A DNA stretch of 63,457 bases, the filler included, from Myxococcota bacterium (GTDB lineage Bacteria; Myxococcota_C; UBA6777), in NCBI GenBank assembly GCA_023150835.1. It is 3 parts of 3 records of this genome, joined end to end, with 100 filler letters (N's around TTAATTAATTAA, not from the genome) between each part and the next. Parts side by side here need not be neighbours in the genome. Positions count along the whole stretch, not along the records: positions 51,839 to 63,457 come from JAKLKB010000168.1; 2 more parts are not named here. One strand, given 5' to 3'. Below, piece after piece: positions 58,194 to 63,457 of this stretch. Below the pieces are notes generated by a model. It had not been told where the DNA came from. It saw nothing but the letters and a program-made list of their open reading frames with translations, and searched no databases. How positions within the stretch are numbered: position 1 is the stretch's first letter; the number at the start of each line of letters is the position of its first letter. Position numbers and translations under genes: made by a program.

Positions 58194-58290
58194 GCCCTCT
58201 TCTTGCGCTTCGTGTGTATGCCAAGTTGCGACCACACCACAGATACGCTATAACCACAACGCTCACTCTGGTCCAAAGGAGATCTTTTCG

Positions 58291-58716
58291 ATGAAGCCCA
58301 AAAAAACCCGCCTTGTCGTGGATGTACCTCTTCACATCAAACGCGCCATCCACCGCGTCCAAAGCGAAGCCCAAGAAACCATGCTCGCTTTTACCGATGT
58401 CCTCCGCCTGCTTGAGATGGCCGTCGAAGAGACACAGACCGAATCCTCCGAAGTTACCCCGCTCTCTCCCCAAGACCTCCATCAGATCGCCCAGATCCTA
58501 CTCGATCATTGGCAGCAATTCACTCAGTCCCTCGAACAACTTCAACAACGCACCCGACGCTGGGGCGATCCCAACGAACTCGAACTCCTCCCTTCACAAG
58601 AAGAAGAACAAGAAGACGAAGACGAAGACGAAGAACCAGAAGACGAAGACGAACCCCTCCGTGTCGAAGCCGATCTCGACTTCCAACCCAACTTCCGCCC
58701 CCAAGATCTCCCCTAA
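58291..58716 (+). CDS. Hypothetical coiled-coil protein with acidic tail
   Basis: SD aaggag; 141-aa ORF. Confidence 0.65.
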   Translation: MKPKKTRLVVDVPLHIKRAIHRVQSEAQETMLAFTDVLRLLEMAVEETQTESSEVTPLSPQDLHQIAQILLDHWQQFTQSLEQLQQRTRRWGDPNELELLPSQEEEQEDEDEDEEPEDEDEPLRVEADLDFQPNFRPQDLP

Positions 58717-58759
58717 ACTCTTCTATCCGTACACTCCACCTCAGATCTTCCTTTTCGGC

Positions 58760-58821
58760 CTTCCTTCCGTGTTTTACGAAGCGTGCAACTCCCGTTGGTC
58801 GTTGTCCGTGGACTCTTCTTT
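58760..58821 (+). repeat. Repeat family D
   Basis: Near-identical to 46941-47004. Confidence 0.8.
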
Positions 58822-58853
58822 TCGCACACCCTACACCGCAAGGCTCTTGCTTG

Positions 58854-58965
58854 TACGATATCCGCAAGATGTGTGATCGAAGGATCGTGCGTAGATGCCC
58901 TACGGTTGGGCAGCCACACCTGTCTGCCCCTGCGTTCTACGATCACACGATGGGCGGATTTCGTA
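58854..58965 (-). repeat. REP-like family A element
   Basis: gggcagccacacctgtctgcccc...cacgatgggcggatttcgtat, as at 20922-21038. Confidence 0.78.
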
Positions 58966-60477
58966 TTATTTTCGATCCCCCAAGATCACCAACAACGTCC
59001 GTTTGTTGCCTTTTCCTGCGCTGATATAGGCCCCATCGGCATCTTGGCAGCCTTGTTGACCGCCAACAAGCAGCACACGGTTGGCATCCAACGACACCAC
59101 ACCAAAGTCATCGATCCCTGCGTATCCTTTGGTGTTTGGGCAAAGCTCGTCATCCAACACATCTGTGCGCCGAAACAGCAAGAAAGATCCCAAGTAGCGG
59201 CCCTCTTTGGCATCAAAGATCTCCGCAGAATTCAAGATCTGATCTTCTTTGTCGTTGGATTCGCCTCCGAAAAACACCAACCATCCGCCGATACGAACGG
59301 GGAGGTGATCTTCACGCGGCTCGCTCATCGGTTCGCCGTCTCGGATCGTCCCTGTCAACGGATTTAAGATCTCCGTGACGTTCAATGTTCTTCCCTCTGC
59401 GTCCGTTCCCCCGGTCATCAGGACTTCTCCGTTGTCCAACAACGCGATCGAAAGATCTTCACGCCCGATCCGCATCCTCGGCCCTTCCGCAAACAACCCC
59501 GTCCCCAGATCCAAAAACAAGGTGCTGTCGTACACTTTGTTCGTTCCAAGACCCTGTTCTCCTTGACCACCCACCAACAACACCCGACCATCGGGCAGTT
59601 CCAACATCCCTAGATCTTGCCGTCCTTCCGGCAAAGACAGCACGCGAACTTGTCCCAATGGATGCGCTGCATCGGGTGGTGTGTACACTTCCACGATCGA
59701 CGACTGGAGGATCTTGCGCTGTCCTTTGACATACGGGCAGTCTTTGACTTCTCGACAAAAGTAGTCTTGGCTGCTTGAAAAGGGCTTACACTCCCCGCCA
59801 TAACAATAACGACAACGCGATGCCTCACAACGCGGCACAGGATCGGGGTACGCATAACGAACAGCCCCGCCTGCCCGCACGATCCGACCATCGCGCAATC
59901 GAACGCTTTGCGCAAACGCACGCTGCATCAACGCTGGACCGTCCCCTTTCAATGGCGGTTGACCCACCGCATTTCTTTGGGGCCGATACAACGGGAGCGC
60001 CGTCTTCTTCTCCAGATCCAAGATCACCGCCGACACCGCCCCCGCTGCATCGGCTTTTTCAGCCCCGGGTTCGGTCTCCGAAGCGTCCGGGTTAAACACA
60101 TACACCGACGCAAACGCAAACAGCCGACCATCCGGCAACACAAACACTCGCCCTGAGATCTGATACGGTACATCGATATCCGCATACGACCATGCCCCCG
60201 TCTTCGTGTCCAACACCTCGATCGCTTGTTTCCCCTTTACAGGCAAAAAGGGATCTTCCGTAGGAGAGCCGCCCACCACCACCACCCGACCATCCGTCAA
60301 ACGCACCACCCCCAAACTCGCGGACATCCGCCCTCTTCCCATGCTCGGGCCTTCTTGTAGTTGAAACCGCTTCGTTTCTTGCGATGCAACGCAGGATCCC
60401 AACCCGCACAGCCACGCGCACGCACACAACAACCGCCACCAAGCCCCGCCCATCCGTCTTTTTTGCATCGCCCACAT
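58966..60477 (-). CDS. Kelch-repeat putative lipoprotein
   Basis: LGSC lipobox; repeated L.DGRV.VVGG, GPRM...R, PREDH motifs; start uncertain. Confidence 0.75.
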   Translation of the reverse strand: MWAMQKRRMGGAWWRLLCACAWLCGLGSCVASQETKRFQLQEGPSMGRGRMSASLGVVRLTDGRVVVVGGSPTEDPFLPVKGKQAIEVLDTKTGAWSYADIDVPYQISGRVFVLPDGRLFAFASVYVFNPDASETEPGAEKADAAGAVSAVILDLEKKTALPLYRPQRNAVGQPPLKGDGPALMQRAFAQSVRLRDGRIVRAGGAVRYAYPDPVPRCEASRCRYCYGGECKPFSSSQDYFCREVKDCPYVKGQRKILQSSIVEVYTPPDAAHPLGQVRVLSLPEGRQDLGMLELPDGRVLLVGGQGEQGLGTNKVYDSTLFLDLGTGLFAEGPRMRIGREDLSIALLDNGEVLMTGGTDAEGRTLNVTEILNPLTGTIRDGEPMSEPREDHLPVRIGGWLVFFGGESNDKEDQILNSAEIFDAKEGRYLGSFLLFRRTDVLDDELCPNTKGYAGIDDFGVVSLDANRVLLVGGQQGCQDADGAYISAGKGNKRTLLVILGDRK

Positions 60478-60682
60478 CGCCTTCCATCCTCTCCATCCCA
60501 ATAACCACAACTTCCCCAACACCTTCCGCTCTCCTCGCTGACAAATTGCGACACCCACACAGACTATGCTCCTCCCTGACACTGCGGCGGGTTTTCGTCT
60601 CTTTCTCCACCTATACAACGCTCCACACCACAAAGACAAACCCCCCCCTCCGAACAACGCTCACCCAACACAGGAGCGAACC

Positions 60683-61954
60683 ATGCTCTCTTCACCCAAA
60701 CAACTCTCCTTTTTCTCTGCTCTTGCGCCCCTACCAAACCACTCCATCCATCCTCATTCCATCGAAACAACGGTAGATTCCGCCGAAACCAACAACTCTT
60801 TCCCCCAAACATCGGGAGATATCTCCCAATCCTCCGCCCCCGCATGGTCCCAAGACCCCCACGAAACACACCCGATCCTCGCCGTCGAGATCCACCCACA
60901 CGGCCCTCGCGTCTTGGTTCATCCCCTTCATGGCTGCTCTTGCGGAGCCTCGCTCTCCGATCCCTGTTGGCATCTCAAGCGCGCCCTCGCTGTCTGGGAA
61001 GACGGCCCCTCTGGACTCCGTTATCTCGCCAAAAGCGGCTTCCACAAAGAACTCCGTCGTGGCGATCTCCAAGCCGCTTTCCGATGGGCTCGGCTTGCAG
61101 CCCATTTTCACGGACGCTCGTGGCCCAAATCCTACCTCAAACGCGTTCTGCTCGAAGAGTCCCGATCCATCAGCCTTTTGCATCAATGGAAAAGCCTCGC
61201 AGGTCTCAATTGGGAAGATTGCGTTCAAAAAGGCATCGCCGCCCCCAAAAAATGGCAAGTCCCCCGTCGCGAAGGTCTCTTTGCCGAATACGTCGAAGCC
61301 TTCGTTGCCACCGAAAATGATCCGATCTTTTCCAGCTTTGAACAAGTCCAACAAGCTGTCGATCTTGCCCAAGATCGCGATGACTTGTGGCGGATCTTTT
61401 GGCGTGCCATGCGGCGACGTGATCGCTTCGGTGTGACATGGCAGATCGACGCCATGAAAGAACGCGCCTTCTCCAAAAGCCCCACCGCCCGACTCTTTGT
61501 CGAAGAAGCCCTTTGGGACACCAACCCCTTTTACGGACCCAAAGTCCTGATCGAACTCTTAACCGACGCATGGGATCAAACTGCCGATCAGCTCGATCCA
61601 CGTGTCCTCCAACAAGCCCTTCCCAACGACGAACACCTCGTGATCCCCGCAGCACCCGCCTATCTCTACGATTGCCACGAGATCAGCGGACAGCGCCGAC
61701 TGCTCAAACATTGGGACGCCATCCTCCCCCACCAACCCATGCCCAAAGGCGTCGACTTGCGTTGGTCTGGGATGCTTGCAGGTGTTTGCTGGCGCGAATA
61801 CGCTGCTCGCCAGTCCCCTCACCGCCTGCGACAATGCCCTTGGGAAGCCGTTGATATCCCTCGCGAAGTCTGGCAACACGCCACGATCTGCGACCGTTTC
61901 TTCTATCCCCGCTTCTATCAACAACTGCCCCACCCAAGCGCACAAGCCGCTTAA
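60683..61954 (+). CDS. SWIM zinc-finger protein with MgsA/RarA-C-like helical domain
   Basis: CSC..PCWH SWIM motif; SGFHKELRRGD; PAYLYDCH; SD aggag. Confidence 0.6.
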   Translation: MLSSPKQLSFFSALAPLPNHSIHPHSIETTVDSAETNNSFPQTSGDISQSSAPAWSQDPHETHPILAVEIHPHGPRVLVHPLHGCSCGASLSDPCWHLKRALAVWEDGPSGLRYLAKSGFHKELRRGDLQAAFRWARLAAHFHGRSWPKSYLKRVLLEESRSISLLHQWKSLAGLNWEDCVQKGIAAPKKWQVPRREGLFAEYVEAFVATENDPIFSSFEQVQQAVDLAQDRDDLWRIFWRAMRRRDRFGVTWQIDAMKERAFSKSPTARLFVEEALWDTNPFYGPKVLIELLTDAWDQTADQLDPRVLQQALPNDEHLVIPAAPAYLYDCHEISGQRRLLKHWDAILPHQPMPKGVDLRWSGMLAGVCWREYAARQSPHRLRQCPWEAVDIPREVWQHATICDRFFYPRFYQQLPHPSAQAA

Positions 61955-62112
61955 CCCCATCCACTCACGCCTCCCCGCTCTCGCACAGCCCGAAACACCC
62001 GATACAAGCCGATGTCCGAATACAACACTCCGCCACTTGACCGCCTTCTAACGCTGTGCCAGCCTTCATCCTCATTTTTTCTTATTCCCGCCAACACTCG
62101 GAGTTCAAACCC

Positions 62113-63183
62113 ATGCCTCGCCCACAAACACCGCCCACCGCAAACCACAAAGCCTCTCAAAGCCCCTTCCAGACGATCATTCCCGACATCTCTCCCAAAC
62201 ACCCCGGACTTACGCAGATCCGCGACCTCACGCGCCCTTACCCTTGGGGCATGGGCTTGATCGGCCTGATCAAGTGGCTCGCTTGGCAAACCGAAAACAT
62301 CCTCGGCAAAACCAAAACCACCATGACCAAACAAGCCATCTCCACTGCTTGCGAAACGCTTGGCGCAGATGCCCCCCAAACCAAGCGCGCCCTCGATGCT
62401 TTTGAGACCCTCTACCAAAAAGAACTCGAACAATCCGTTCCCAACGAACCCTACGCCGCCCCTGCAAGCAACCATTACCTCCATCCATTCGAAACAACGC
62501 GCAGACTTCGTTACTTCTCCGAAGATCTCCTCAACAAAGAATTCGATATCTTTTTTTCACTCCTCCCCACGACTCTGATCCATGCCTATCTCTCGCGCTT
62601 TTTTAACGTCCCACAAGGCGGATCGTGGGCCGTTTTTGGAAACTCCAACGACTTCGAATACTCCACCGATATCCAATTCATGCAGATCGACACCCTCGCC
62701 TACAACCCCGAACACCAAACCCTTGTCGCTCTCGAACTCAAGATCGATGCCGAAGTCGGTGAACAGCAAGTCTTCAAATACGCCATGATGACCGCTGCGC
62801 TCGAAGCTCGACAACATATCCTCCCCCATTCTGCACTCAAACTCCTGATCCTCGGCAACCAAGACGATCCCCACCACCAACACGCTCAAACACTCCAAAA
62901 GACCGCCCTTTCCCAACTCGATCAAAAACTCTACCCCAAACGCGGACTCTCCAAAGAAGACGCCGCAAACTATCACCCCCGCTGCAAGGCCCTCTTGGAA
63001 GACATGGAGCTTTGTCTCACCACATGGCAAGATCTCGGAGACTTTTTCGCCCAACAGCGCCTTTCCATCCCAACAGACGGCTTCAACGAAAGCTGCTTCA
63101 AACTGCTCGATGGATTCCTTGCCTCCCTCGCGACACGCTATAGCCGAAAACAACAACGCCTTTTGTATACCCCCAAAAGTTAG
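62113..63183 (+). CDS. Hypothetical protein, putative PD-(D/E)XK nuclease
   Basis: QIDTL...ALELKI...QVFKY resembles D...ExK plus QxxxY. Confidence 0.55.
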   Translation: MPRPQTPPTANHKASQSPFQTIIPDISPKHPGLTQIRDLTRPYPWGMGLIGLIKWLAWQTENILGKTKTTMTKQAISTACETLGADAPQTKRALDAFETLYQKELEQSVPNEPYAAPASNHYLHPFETTRRLRYFSEDLLNKEFDIFFSLLPTTLIHAYLSRFFNVPQGGSWAVFGNSNDFEYSTDIQFMQIDTLAYNPEHQTLVALELKIDAEVGEQQVFKYAMMTAALEARQHILPHSALKLLILGNQDDPHHQHAQTLQKTALSQLDQKLYPKRGLSKEDAANYHPRCKALLEDMELCLTTWQDLGDFFAQQRLSIPTDGFNESCFKLLDGFLASLATRYSRKQQRLLYTPKS

Positions 63184-63193
63184 GCCATCGACG

Positions 63194-63314
63194 AAACCCC
63201 CGTGTTCGCGCCACTTCAAGCAACAGCGCCGTTGGCTTGAAAAACCTGCGATCTCTTCGCCAATACGGGGTCAAGGGGGCCGCGACCCCTTGTGGGGCGT
63301 GGGGCAAAGCCCCA
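63194..63314 (+). repeat. Dispersed repeat family B
   Basis: Homologous to the copies at 15166, 48554 and 51429. Confidence 0.78.
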
Positions 63315-63457
63315 TACGCGTTAGGTTAAGCGCTTGTTGGCCCCCCACCCCAGCCCTCCCCCGTGAACAGGGGAGGGAGCGAAAGTCGGAAGCAGCGGGG
63401 ATGTTGTTTTTTCGTGACGCACGCTGTATGCACGAGACGCAGACGCTACCCGTTCCA
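63300..63457 (+). repeat. Dispersed repeat family C (partial, contig edge)
   Basis: Homologous to 41192-41348. Confidence 0.85.

Overview
Three contigs (1-25829, 25930-51738, 51839-63457) joined by 100-nt N/TTAATTAATTAA spacers, so adjacency across the gaps is unproven. The gene content resembles a myxobacterium-like deltaproteobacterium (Ser/Thr kinases, FHA/VWA, MYXO-CTERM-like sorting signal, Cys-rich and Kelch surface proteins); this taxonomy is inferred. Recognisable genes are topB, recN, pepP, a MESH1-like HD hydrolase, an HDAC-family protein, a reductive pyrimidine catabolism cluster (mmsA, class III aminotransferase, NCS1, hydA, preT, preA), a stand-alone fusA and a stand-alone long, zinc-free rpsN. 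At least four families of dispersed REP/MITE-like repeats are present. The most striking region is 14046-16230 on the minus strand. It carries 13 tRNA genes: four tandem canonical tRNA-Pro and an upstream array of nine mostly atypical tRNAs, including three Leu with short variable arms. A ~153-codon leader ORF precedes the array and ends in R-P-P-P-A-stop inside an intrinsic terminator. There is a candidate antiterminator, and the leader's repeated codons match the anticodons of the downstream tRNAs. This looks like a translation-sensing attenuator that controls a back-up tRNA operon. All calls were made by eye; no searches were run.
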